NCBI GenBank assembly: GCA_050273025.1
Contig: CP158635.1
Location: forward strand, 6,572,001 to 6,636,000
Source of the DNA: Cenococcum geophilum
Lineage: Eukaryota
DNA length: 64,000 nucleotides
Direction of reading: 5' to 3'
The position numbers and the translations under genes were made by a program. The notes under the pieces are model-generated. The model searched no databases. It had not been told where the DNA came from and saw only the letters and a program-made list of their open reading frames with translations. Every line of letters begins with the position of its first letter. Position 1 is the stretch's first letter. Positions 13,361 to 26,200 of this stretch are shown here, piece after piece.

Positions 13361-13871
13361 AACGACCCCTATAGATCTAGAGACCAGAAAAGCTATAGTT
13401 AAATTTATTTCATTATTTTAGATTCTCAAAAGATAAGGAACCCTACCTCCTAATAAAAGCCTAGACCCACTTTATGGAGAAAACCCCACCCCTAAAAAAC
13501 GCTAGAATTTATTACCGGCAGCTATAAAGCGACTAATTACAGTTTACACAGAAATTCAGTCTCTAGATAATTATAAATTAGAACAGTTCTTTAAGCTTTA
13601 TAATCTGGCTAAGGGCGGATCACTTAAGGCTTTCTAGGAACTATATATTAAACCAGCAGGAGCTAATAATTAGGTAATAATTCATAACTTAGCTAATATC
13701 CTTAACGTAGGCAAAAATGCAGTTGGTTATAGGTTAATAAAGTCTATTCTATCTAAGACGCTAAATAATAAGATAGAGTAATTAAAGAAAAAAGGGTATA
13801 AGCCTAAAAAGGGCTAACAATTTAGAGCTGTAGTACGGGAGATGGCCTATCTATTAGAAGGAAAGCGCCTT

Positions 13872-16800
13872 TGTTAGTTATATAAGGGGATATTACGTAG
13901 CTACGGTTTGTAGATAGTATAATAATTATTCTATATTCTTTTTAAAGAAAGGGGTAAGGAACTTAAGGTTCCTCACCACGCTAGTGCCGCGGCGGCACGT
14001 AATGGCAACTTGCCGTACGTAACGGCAACTTGCTATATATAACGGCAATATACCTTATATGGTGATCATTTGCCGTTATTTCTAATACTAGCAACTTTTC
14101 TTTTAGGGTTGCTATCTATATATATATACCGCTTAACTAGCGGAATAAAAATTAATCCTCTTTACTTACTATTGCTATTATAATATAAGTCTCGCTATCC
14201 TAAAATTTGCCTCTTAATATGTGGTGCTTTCTTATTTATAAGTTATAGATAGGTATCTTGTTAGTAGGGCAGCTAAGGCGCTAGCAGTAAGTAAGCTAAT
14301 AGCGATTTTTTATCCTGGGGATAGAAAATCCTAATTAGCTAGTTTAAGTCAGGGTCTATAGAATCTAACTAATTAAACAACTTTAACCGCCGGTTAAAGT
14401 TCCTAGACATCTTAAGACCTTATATAACTAAGAAATTTCTTAGGACTCCCTTTTAACCCAACCTTTAACTTATATACGTAGAGTATTTATATTAATAAAC
14501 GTCTCTAGTGCCTTATTTAGGTTCGCCTTTATTATTATATCTACTAGGTTATCTTAGCTATTAATTTATTAAATCTTAAAGAGTTTTTAACACTCATAGG
14601 ATTACTAAAGTGCCATAATATTAATTATAAGGCGCTTCTCCTTTATAGTACTAAGCTTAACTAAATACTTATAGAGGGAAAATAAATTGGTGTATATAAT
14701 TATAGGGATAATAGAAAGTTCGAGTCAATCTATAATTATCTTTAGAGTAGTTCCAATTGTAATTGCTATATTAACTCCGCTAATTATTCCATATATCTCT
14801 AACACCAAAACACTTCGGGTAACGCGCTTGCTCTTAGTTAAACTCTAATAAATAAGATTGCCATAAATTATAAAGTCCTTCTCTCTAGTAAATTCGTTTG
14901 TAATAATAATCTTATATCCCAACTAGGAGCTAAAATCTTTATTATTTATAAATAATCTATTAACAAATATAAAGAGCTTAGTGGTAGGAAGATTAATAGG
15001 CACGTAGAGTAGTCCCCGATTAAGATAGTTTATTTACTAAAAAAGACGCTTATTTAGGGCAAGGACATTATCCTTAATTAGTTCCTAGTGTTAAGCCATA
15101 ATAGAGAGATTAAATAAAGCCTTAGGTTAATAGATAGAAGTAATATAAGCTCTATAAGTATATTACTCCATATATCCTTACTTTAGAGAATTAACGTTAA
15201 TAATATTAATCTTCTTACCTTAACCCTTCTGGCGTAAAGCAATAGAATCCTTATTTAGGGAGAGAATGCATCTATTAAAGAGTAATAGTGTTATTAAGTT
15301 AAGCTTTTCCTTTAGCTTTACTATAAAATTTACCTTTACTAGCTTATCCTCTTTAAGAGCTAAGAATTGGTCATCTCCTAAAATAATTATATTATTAATT
15401 TACATACTAACAATTCCAAATAGGGTTCCTATAGTTATAATAAGGAAGCAGGGATTAAATATAGAAGTAGTTATTAAAAGCTTCTCTTTATAGTGCTTGC
15501 TGTAGGTAGCCCACTAATAAGTTCCTACCTCTGTAATTCTATATAATGGCTTAAGCACAACCATAATTATATCTTTAGGATACTAGTAGCAAATTTGCTC
15601 CGGAAGGTATACTAATATTAAGCGCTAAAGGTGCGTCTCTAATTAGGTGTAGGCTTAAGTAATATCTTATAAATAAACTACTATTCTATTCTTTATTAAG
15701 GAGGGAGCTAATATAATAATAACTCGCTAACTAGCTCATTAAATCGTAGGAAATTATATAAGAATTATCTCTTTACTATTATTATTATAACCTTAGATAA
15801 TAAGCCTTAATTTCTTAAATGGGGCGTTAGTAGCTTTACCCTTAATCCCGTTAACCATTCTTAACTTAAAGATACAAACTCCATTAAACTTAGTAGGGTT
15901 ATATTTCTTAAATTTAAAGACTTCTTTTATGATAAGACTGTTAATCTCCTACTTATTAGATGCTTAGAAAGGAGCTCCTAAGGTTATAATATAACCTTCC
16001 TTTTGGAGCTATTTTGCGAGCTTAAAGTTAGCCTTCTCTTTGGCTGTTATAAAGGCCATTAATAACTTAACTTTATTCTTAATGGCGGCAACAAATTATT
16101 CTTTAAAATTAATAAGGTGTTAGCGATTTTATAATCCCTTTAGGCGACCTCTACCGCGTCATAGTTGTAGTATATCTACTATAATTATATTGGGATTATA
16201 GTCGCCTTTTAAAGTATATTAATTATAGTTCTCTTTTAAAGTATCTTCTAGGGCATCCTATAAAGGCTCGGAATTATTATCTTTATAGTAAGGCTTAATA
16301 ATAGTTAAACGGAATTAGGTGGGTCTATAAGGCATCTAAATAGTATAAGTTTAACTATTAATTATAATAAGTTAATATAGGCCTGACTATCCTCCCCTTT
16401 TACGCTATACGCGTACTTTAGACTAGAGTGGCAGATTAAGCGCAGTTAAAGTATTTAGGCCATTTCTTATTCCTAGTGCGTTATTAACCTAGTATATAGC
16501 ATAGAGGCGTTATACCTCCTTTATTACCTTGCGAATCACCTTAGCTTATTATACAACAGAGGAAGATAGTAGAGAATTATTGGTTATTTATAAGTAGGCG
16601 CTAAAGACTAGTGATATAGGTATAAGTCTATCTAGGCTAGCGAAATTATTAATAGCTTTAATAGCTATTTATAAGGTAAGTTCTTTACTAGCATCCTTTA
16701 GTTCTAAAGAGATAATCTTATATACGCGGTATAATAGCGCGTAATATCGCTCTACTTTTCCAATACTATTATATGCCTTAATAGGGACTTCCTTAACCTT

Positions 16801-19800
16801 AATTGCCATTACCTTTATTTATTATCGGAACTTTATAAATAAGAAGTTCTTTCCTATATTATAAACAATTTAATTAGGGGGTCCTAGGTAGATATTAATT
16901 TAGTATAACTAAAGGGTATCCTATGCGTTCCTAGCTAATATATCCTTTAAGAATTATACGGCTTAGAAGAAGGTTAAGAAGTTAATAACTTAGAGTACTA
17001 GCTTGCCGCTAAGATATATAACGTTAACAATAATACAGAAGTTAAAGTTATAGTTATTTTTAAGGGTGAACTTAAATCGGCCAGGGGACCTCTAGTTTAT
17101 TTAGTAGTAGTAGTAATATTTTATAAGATGCTTAATTGCCTTAACCTTAACTTTATAGCCTACTCGCTAAAGAACCCTAAGTAATTAGTAAACTAATAGG
17201 TAACTAAAATAACGGTGTAGTTAGCATAACTTTAACTTAGTTAAATGGCTCTAAGCAATACTCTTTTCTAGTTATTAAAGGAGTAGCTAAAGGTAACCCT
17301 ATTTACGTATAATAGGCACCCAATTATTTCCCTATACAAGTATATTCTTAAGGTTATTAAGCTTAACGCCTAGTTTATTTATATCTTTAATATAAAATAG
17401 AAATAGGGTGTTTATAGGAATAATATAAAAAGTAATATACCCTAAGGGGGTTTAAACCCTAATTATGCTAAAAGAGATTATAATACCTTTGCCAAAATAA
17501 ATTATATATTAGCCTACCGTTAAATAGTTAATCTAAATAGAGCTATTAAGCTGCTAAAGGGCTTGAACTTAAGGTTCTCCTACTATAGATACTCCTACGG
17601 CTCTAGTATCCGGTATAATACCATAGAAGACATTTGCTAAGTATCTATTATTAAAGGAAAACGCGGAGCTCTTCTTTAGCTTATTAAAGATATCTAACTT
17701 CGTAATAAAATAGAGCGTAGATTGGTTATTAAAAACAGCGACAGTTTATATACTATTTACCTCACTATACTTAGTAAAGTATTAATTAGGTAAGTAGTCC
17801 TCAATTTCTATATCTATAAGGAGCTATTTAGTCTTATTAACCTTACCCTTAAGGTCTTCTACGTCTTTATATTAAACCAGGAAGCTTTAGAAGTAGGCTA
17901 TAATAACCTTATAATTTTTAACGTTTCTTATACTCTAACGGAACTTATTATATACCTCTTTTCACTTATTAAAGGAGTATCTAGTTAACTAGCAATTTAG
18001 CTTCTTACAAACATAGCACTTTTTTTAGTAATTACTTTAAAATAAACCTCCACCGGGACCTCTACGGTTGCCTTATAGTCAACGTTAATTATACCCTCTT
18101 TTATATTCCCTACTACGGCCACTATATATTTAATTAGTCTAGTTATAATTATATTAGTTAGAAATACTTAGTTAGGTAGGGTTTTCGGTATAGAACTATT
18201 AAAATTCTTATATTTATATTATAGTACTTACGGCGGAGCGTAGCTTAGTATATACTCCTTTAAACGTATCTATAGGTTTATATAACGCCAAGTTATACTT
18301 AGGAATGCTATAGTATGCTAAGATAACCTAGTCCCTTAGGCTGTTCTTATTTTAGTAAGTTTTGGTAAGGCTATATTAGATTTTTTAGAGTTTATTAAAG
18401 AGTAGTTAAAGGCACTCTAAATAAGTCTTTATTAAGTTAGAAGCGATAACTCTTTAAAACGTAGTCTTCCGCTATTTAAATATATAAAGCTAGCAATTCT
18501 TATTAGTTTTAAAGTAGGCTTTAGTAAACTAAAGCATTATATTAAAGCTATAGTTTTTACCCGTAATATAGTCGTAATAGAATGTTACTGCCTATCCCTT
18601 TAATATAATAGAGAAAGCGTAGTAGTACTAATAGTATTAAATTCTAACCTTATTGCAATAGTTATAAAAGACCTATAGTCTTACTCTAAGCATATTATAT
18701 AGTTCTCCTTTAAACTTCTTCTCTTTATCTAAATATACCTTTATTAGATTCGTAACTTCTTATAATAAAGGCTTACTAGTTAGCTAGAGTAAAGGAGGTA
18801 AAGGCGGAGCAACTCTAAGTAGGAGAGCACCTCTAGGTAGGGGAGTAGCTTTAGGTAGGGGGTTAGCGTTCTAGGGGTTTTAATATAAATTAAAGTTACC
18901 TTCCAAAAAATATAGGTTGTTTTTAGGTTTCCGTAGTTAACGTATAATCTTAGCTTCTGTTTATATTAGTTTATCTATACTAGTAATAACGGCCTAAATA
19001 TTACTAGTAATTAGGTTACTATTCTTAGTAATATATACCCTATTCCTATAGAGGAAGTCTTAAAAATCCTAAACAATATTAACGTTGCTGAGTACCTAGG
19101 TATTAGCAGTCCATCCCATAAAATTCTCCCTAAAATACTCCTATAGTTATAAGTCGGCGTAGTATCTATTTTAATAAAATGTAATATAGTGTAGGAGAAA
19201 GCCGTTAACTTATTTTATAGTATAAGTTATTATATTAAAGGCAAATTCGTTCTAGTCTTTATTAATAAGTTTCGCGTACTTAGCTACCCCTAGTAATAAG
19301 GAGTCTTTCTAGTTATTTAAAGTAGGCGTAGCCATGTTTTCGGAGGGAGGGAAGTATTATTAGTATAGGGATTGTTGTTTGGTACGCGTTCGTGATATAT
19401 ATTTATTATTTAGTACGCGTTTATGACATATATTTGCGATTATAGGGCTTAGGACTAGTTCTAGCCTTAAATTATAAAGACTTATAAAGTATATTATTCT
19501 GCGTAATAAACGCAAGAATTTATAATCTTAGAAAGGCTTAGGACCAGTTCTAGCCTTTAGATCCTTAGATTCGTAGAAGAGTTTTATTTAAGATTTAGGA
19601 CTAGTTCTAACCTTAAAATATAGCTTCCTCTAGCACGAGTAGCACTAGTATAGTAGCTTGTCTCTTCTTAATAAAATACCTTACTATTCTATAGTATAAC
19701 AGTAAAGTTAACCACTAATTAGTATTAGTTATATAAGGGGATATCACGTAGCTATAGTTTGTAGATAGTATAATAATTGTTCTATATTCTTCTTAAAAAA

Positions 19801-19938
19801 AGGGGTAAGGAACCTAAGGTTCCTCACCACGCTAGTGCCGCGGCGGCATATAATGGCAACTTGCCGTACATAACGGCAACTTACTATACGTGACGGCAAT
19901 ATACCTTATATAGTGATCATTTGCCTTTATTCCCAATA
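13872..19938 (-). mobile_element. Full-length RIP-degenerate Ty1/Copia LTR retrotransposon, copy A
   Basis: 216-bp direct LTRs 13872-14087 and 19723-19938; 5-bp TSD GCCTT (13867-13871, 19939-19943); Copia RT motif DIT*AYT*LET (from DITQAYTQS) at ~15635-15670; integrase region precedes RT. Confidence 0.92.
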
Positions 19939-20439
19939 GCCTTAAACTAAATAATATTGCTAGCTAGAAATAGAGTCGTCTTAAACCTAAAGTACTTATT
20001 AGTCTCTATAACCTAGATTCTAGTATAATATTAGTTTTTAATTACCTCTATTAAATTAACAACTAACCTATAATAGTATTAAAAGGCATATAGCACCCAA
20101 AGAATTTAATATATTTATTGCTTAGATGGAAATATAACCACAATGCCAGAAATAAACGGAATTATCTTCTTTAGCGAGGAACCTAAAGAATGCATATCTC
20201 TGTTATACTAATACTAACTCTATAAGTTAGCCCGAAGCTAGCAGCGCTATCTAAAGCCCTAGGGGTATAAAAAGATTAACTATTACTAAGTAGTCTAATA
20301 CCAAACGTACTAGGCGCGAGTTATTTAAAATAAATAGTCCGTAAGCCGTCCCTAATAGGAGTTCCAATTAAATATTTCTAATGTCTTTAAGGGACTAATA
20401 TAGTATAGCCAATCTTTATTTAGACCCTCCTAAAATACT

Positions 20440-20705
20440 ATTACCTTTTAAATCTACCTTAATCCCTAAGATCTACTTATACCCTTTAGAAATCCCTCTT
20501 AACCTAAGCCATTACTTAACCCCTAAAATATCCTTCTCTTTTAAACCTACCTTAATTCCTTAAATCTACTTAGATCTACTATTAATTCCTTTTAATATAA
20601 ACCTAGACTATTACTTAAATTTTAAAGTACCTCCCCTTTTTAAACCTCTATTAATTCCTAAAATCTATTTAAATCCTCTATTAATTCCTCTTAATTTAAA
20701 TTCTA
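20440..20705. repeat. Degenerate tandem repeat (~80-bp period, TTTTAAA(C/T)CT…TTAATTCCT units)
   Basis: Three to four imperfect copies seen directly; probably a coding repeat of a RIPed gene. Confidence 0.5.
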
Positions 20706-21402
20706 ATCTCTAGCTAATTACTCCGCCAGCTACTATAGTAATAAATAACTAGCTCGATTCGTACCCTATATTTCTATATATAGTAAGCCTTGACCTAAAC
20801 CAGAATTTGTAATATAGCACTCCCTATATATTCTAATATTATTCCTACTCTGCTTTTAGGGAACCCGCGGCCTTAGACGGCTCCTATAAGGCTGTGGCCG
20901 TATAGACCTATATAGATATATAAGCATATCTACCCCCCTTCCCTATAAAGTATTAAGGCGTATTATTAAGTGCGCCCATTATATTGCCGCTTTAAAGTTT
21001 AGGGTATTTATATTTTATAGAAATCCTAAACCCTAGCAAACCATTATCTAAACTTAGCGGGCTAAGTGCTAATATTACTATAGCCTTTACCGTGCTATCT
21101 CTAGGGTTTGCCTAGATTTCCTTATTTATATTGTTATAATATACTAGATATTAGTTTTTGACGGAGACCGCGTCTTTAATAGTGTAGAGGATTTTAGTAG
21201 TATACTGCCTAGCGACTTTCTAAATATTTTTTATTAGTATACTGCTAATCTACCTAGCGTTAGTAATACCTTAATATATAGTAAAATATAAAGTAACGTT
21301 ATTTTACTGTTAGGTATTTTATAGAAGGAGAAGTCCTCCTTTTAAAAGGATAAGGATTGGCTTTATACTGATAAAAAAGCGCGTAAGTAATCTAAATATC
21401 TG

Positions 21403-21572
21403 TGTCTGAATAAGGTTCTGTAATATAGTAGACACGGTTGCTTGTAACCAATTGGGTTGATCACATGAGCTAAGCGAGCTCAGGAGGTCTATCAAATTCC
21501 ACCTGTAGAAGTAGAAGAGGAGAACAAGACGAATACAATTGAACCAAAAACCCCCCCACCGTGATCCGAACA
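21403..21572. mobile_element. 170-bp solo LTR, not RIP-mutated
   Basis: TG…CA termini (TGTCTGAAT…ATCCGAACA, imperfect inverted ends); 5-bp TSD ATCTG (21398-21402)/ATCTA (21573-21577); retains CpA/TpG unlike its flanks. Confidence 0.75.
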
Positions 21573-22849
21573 ATCTACTATCTATACTAGAAGCTATCTA
21601 TAGTACGGATATAATAAGTCTAAGAAAGATATAAGTAATAGACGCATTAGTGAATAGATATAAAGACCCTTTAAAGGGGCTGATTTTTCTTTAGTAGGGC
21701 TGATTTTTAGTAGGGCTAATTTCCGGTCAGGTAGGGTTTACGTAATACCGCCCGTTTTTAAGAACCGTTATTATACCAATACGCGCTTAAGCATTAACGC
21801 GCCTTACAGAAGAGGTGCGGGCGACTTATAAAAATTGTCTTAATATTTATAGGTAAAGAGGATGTGCTATATAGCGTATATAAATATATATCCTCTAGTC
21901 CTATATAAAGAGGCCACTAGACCTCCACTCCCGCCGTTATTCTTACCTAGCACTTTTACCTTAAGAATAATATTGTAATAAAGCTGCCGGAAATTATAAA
22001 GGACGATTTAATTTTCAGACTAAATTGTCCTCCTATTTCTCCTTAAGATTTTCTATAGGGCTTTTATAAACCTAGTACAGATTATAACGGTATTAAGGTA
22101 AAAGATACTACTTACCCTTTAGTTATATTAGTCTAATAGTTCTATAGGTCAAAGATATTTTTACCCTCTGCTATATACGGCAGTACTAGCAAGATAGCTT
22201 GTATCTATATTACAGCGAACGTATCTTTTTAGGGATATTTAATTTTAATAATTTAGTAGTTAAACGCACAGTATTCTCGGGTGATCTCGTACTTATAAAA
22301 GGTGGGCTAAAAATGATTAAACAGGTAGAACGTAAGGTAGAGGATAAGAATAATTGGCTTTAGATAAAAAATGCTTTATCTTCTTAAAAATTCTTTAAAT
22401 AGGTCTCCTTTAATGACTAACTTAAGCAAATTAAGGTAAATATTATAAATAATATGGCTTTTTATATGTTAACAGTTTTATAAGTCTTAGACATAATTAG
22501 TTTCCGCCCTACTTTAAGCGCTTCCCCCCTATATAGGAGACGGTTTACCCTACTTAGGATTTTTCTTTTAAATAGGTCGTAGAAGCTAGGCAAAGTGCTA
22601 TTAGATATAGTTAAAAGGATAAAAAACGGAGAGGAAGTTATAGAATGGGTAAAGCGTAAGCTATAGCGTCGTAAGGACAAAGACTTAGCCGGGTAAATAT
22701 CGTCTTTAAGTTTTACTTAGCTAACGCAGGAGCTACCTTTACAAAGAGGATATCTTTCCGTTAATTTTACTTCTATAATAATAAAGCCTATATAGTAGGC
22801 TGAAGCGCGGGCAAATTGCTTATAGATCTAGGAATAGGAGAACAAAAGC

Positions 22850-23200
22850 CGTAAGGCATTAGTTCCTATAGGGAAGAGGAAAACGTAGCTATGGGCTCCT
22901 ATAGGGGACTAAAGGCTATACAGGAATGCAAACCGTAGGGGATTAGTTCCCATAGGGCGGTGAAATACGTAGGCATTAGCACCCGCAGGGGATTTATTAG
23001 CGTAGGGGATTTATTAGTATAGGGGATTTGTTAGAGTAGGGGACTAGCTCCTATAGGGGATTTGTTAGCGTAGGGGATTTATTAAAGTAGGGGACTAGTT
23101 CCTATAGGGCGGCGAAATACGTAGGCATTAGCTCCTGTAGGGGATTTGTTTAAATAGGGGACTTATTTAAGTAGAGGATTGGTTAAAGTAAGGGATTAAT
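22850..23200. repeat. Degenerate ~18-bp tandem repeat (GTAGGGGATTT(G/A)TTAG core)
   Basis: Many imperfect units seen directly; period a multiple of 3 suggests a Pro-rich coding repeat on the minus strand. Confidence 0.65.
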
Positions 23201-23210
23201 TCTCCTATGG

Positions 23211-26200
23211 TGTAATAGAGCCTTATAGTAGGAACTACAGTGGACTCGTTAATGGGCTAGGTATATAGGTATTATAAGTAAGTCAACAACGTAATAATAA
23301 CTGGTAGAGTGGTTGCCTAATAGATTAACTTTAATTGTATTCTAAGAATTACTATAAGGAAGAAACTATCTAGGTAGGGACTAAGGGTCCTTAAATATAC
23401 AATTATACTCCTAAGAAAGTCGTTACTCTATCTACTCTACTTACTCTATTCGCTTTATTATAGATCTCGTAGATTATATAGATTATATAGATTATATTAC
23501 GTGACTTTGCTTACTATTCCTCGTTATATAGTTTTATAGGTTCTATCCTAGACCGTACTTATATTAACTAACTAGCTTCTTCTAACTCCTCTCTAAGTAG
23601 TTATAATATTGTACTTAAAGCGTTTATAACACTATCTCCCTCCTCTTTATCTTTATTCTTAAAGATATCTAGTATTTTTAAGTTGTTTACTAGAGGTATA
23701 ATATCCGTCTAATTAATTTAGTTAATATTATTACTTATAATACCTAAAGCACCTTCTTCTTCTTTAACTCTTTATTATACGCGTATAGTCTCTTTTATAC
23801 TATTACTTAGTAAAGTAATATTATCTTTGTATTCTTATTACGTAAAAGAGGGGTTAGTTTATATTATATTAGCAAGTCCTTTATCTTAATAGCCCTCTTT
23901 TTATATAGAGTATACTAAAGCAAACGTTTGGTTATCCTATAATATTTGCTTAATTTTTAACACTAAGTATACGCGTTTTATAACTCTTAATAGTCTCTAG
24001 GTTCCCTAAGTAATTTATTATAAAGTTTTATATTTAATCTACTGCTATAAAGCTTAATAGTAAGCTGTCCTTAGCGCTGCTTATAGTTTAATATACCTTA
24101 GAAGAGTCCGTATATATCCTTAAAGCTTAGCGTCTAGCTTATACTTATCTTTAGCGTTTAGAATATGTCCATAAGAAGGTCCGTTTAAAAAAGTAAAAAC
24201 TTATTTAATAAGGTTTATAGGAACTTAGTAATAAAAGAATAGATTCTCTTTTAATAGAGAAGGAAATAACTCTAAGTAGTTCGGCAGTTGCTCTTCCTAA
24301 ATCCCCCTTAGGTAACTTATTCTTTAGCAATTCTTCTTTATTAATATTATCTAACCTTTTCTCTTCTAATACTCCTATACCTTTCTTATAGCGTTCTTTA
24401 GGTTCTCTAATAGCTTTTAGGTAGTCTTATTATAGCCTATCTACTTTACTTTATACTATATTTTATTATCTATATCCTTATAACTAACAATCTTTAAAAC
24501 TTGCTATTTATTTTCCTTTTATCCTCTATATATATCTGCTTTATAAACTAGTGACTTAACATTCCTATATACTGGCTTTAGTATTGCGATATGCTATATA
24601 GGGTAGATCTTTATCCTAGCTAGTAGGTTTAACTTAAATATAACCGGTAAAATTTTTTATATAATTTTAAAAGGTCCTAGTCTAACATAGTCTAACTTCT
24701 TACTTAGTTGTTAACTTTTAAAAATTTTATATAGTAGCTATACTTTATTTCCCTCCTTAAGATCTAGTCCCTTAGATCTCTTAATATTGTAGTACTTTTT
24801 TATCCTTTACTATACTACCTTAGCTGTTTCTATAAGGTCTGTATAAAGATTTATTAAACTCTTTATTCTTTATTTAGCTATGCTATTTATCTTCTTTACT
24901 TAATGTGGCGATAATAAGGTCTTTAGCTTATATCCATAATTCGCCTTAAATAGTAACGTACCTATTCCTTCTTATAGTATTATATTATATATAAACTATA
25001 TAACTAGTAATAGCGATACCTAATTATTCTACGCATAATTAATATAATGCCTTAGATATTGTTCTAGTATCTAATTTAATCTTTCTATTTAACTATCTGT
25101 CTATAAATAATATGCGGTAGAAGTTGCTACTTAAACTTCTTACTCTGCTAAGAATACTTCCTAGAATATTGTTATAAATCTTAAATCTCTATCTAATATA
25201 ATTTTGCTTAGTGCTCTATATCTTATAAATACTTCTTTAATATAGATTTTAGTAATATCTTCCGCTAATATTTCTTCTAAATATGCTATAAAGTACCCCT
25301 ACTTTATAAGCTTGTCTATTATTACTAAGATTATATTATAATCTTATCCAGTAATAGGGTCTTTTAACTTTAGTAGCTTAATAATAAAGTCCTATAATAT
25401 AACCTCCTATAGTCTCTCTAGTATTTTAATAGGTTATAGCTCTCTATATAGTTTATACCTTATTAGTTTATTCCTTTAGTAATCTAGATATTCTTTTATA
25501 ACTTACTTAGCTAGTCCTTAGATTCCCTTAATAATATACTCCTCTTAAAGTCTTAATACTAAGCCTATAGCTCCGTTATATCCTTAAGTTAATCCCTTAT
25601 AAAATAACTTAATAAACTCCTTTATAATAGACCTTAGTACGTATATTACTTTTTAATTTTTATACTACTTTAAGTCTAGATCTTCTATTTATATATCTAG
25701 GATCTTTTATATCTAATTACTTTCTAGTAATTTATAGGTTTTCTCTTCTTATGTTACTATAATCTTTAGATAATTATACTTAATTAATCTATCTATATCC
25801 TTTTATAATAAAGCCCCTAATAGCTTTTTATTGTTCTATAGTTTAACTTTTCTACTTAGAGCGTCTACTTATGTATTCTCTATACCCTTAGTATACTAAA
25901 TTTTAAACTAGTATTCTATAAGCATTTCCGTCTATCTAACTTATCTATAATTAAGTTCTTTTATTATTAGGAACCCTATTAGGTTCTTATAATCCGTTTT
26001 AACTATAAATAGTTTTTCTATACCTTATAAGAATAATTTCTATTTTTTTAGTACTATAACTATACCTAATAACTCCTTATTGTAGATGTTATAGTTTAGT
26101 TCCGGTAGTGTTATCTTCTAACTATAGTATACTACTAGGTGCCATCTATCTTTATATTTCTATAGAAAGTATACTCCTAGTATATAGTCTAATATATCTA

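Larger units (their letters stand above)
12868..20400 (+). pseudogene. RIP-degenerate gene of unknown function split by the Copia element at 13872-19938
   Basis: Protein-like frame (…LLEGKR|LKLNNIAS…) continues across the Copia TSD; contains an in-frame 9-bp repeat. Confidence 0.35.
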
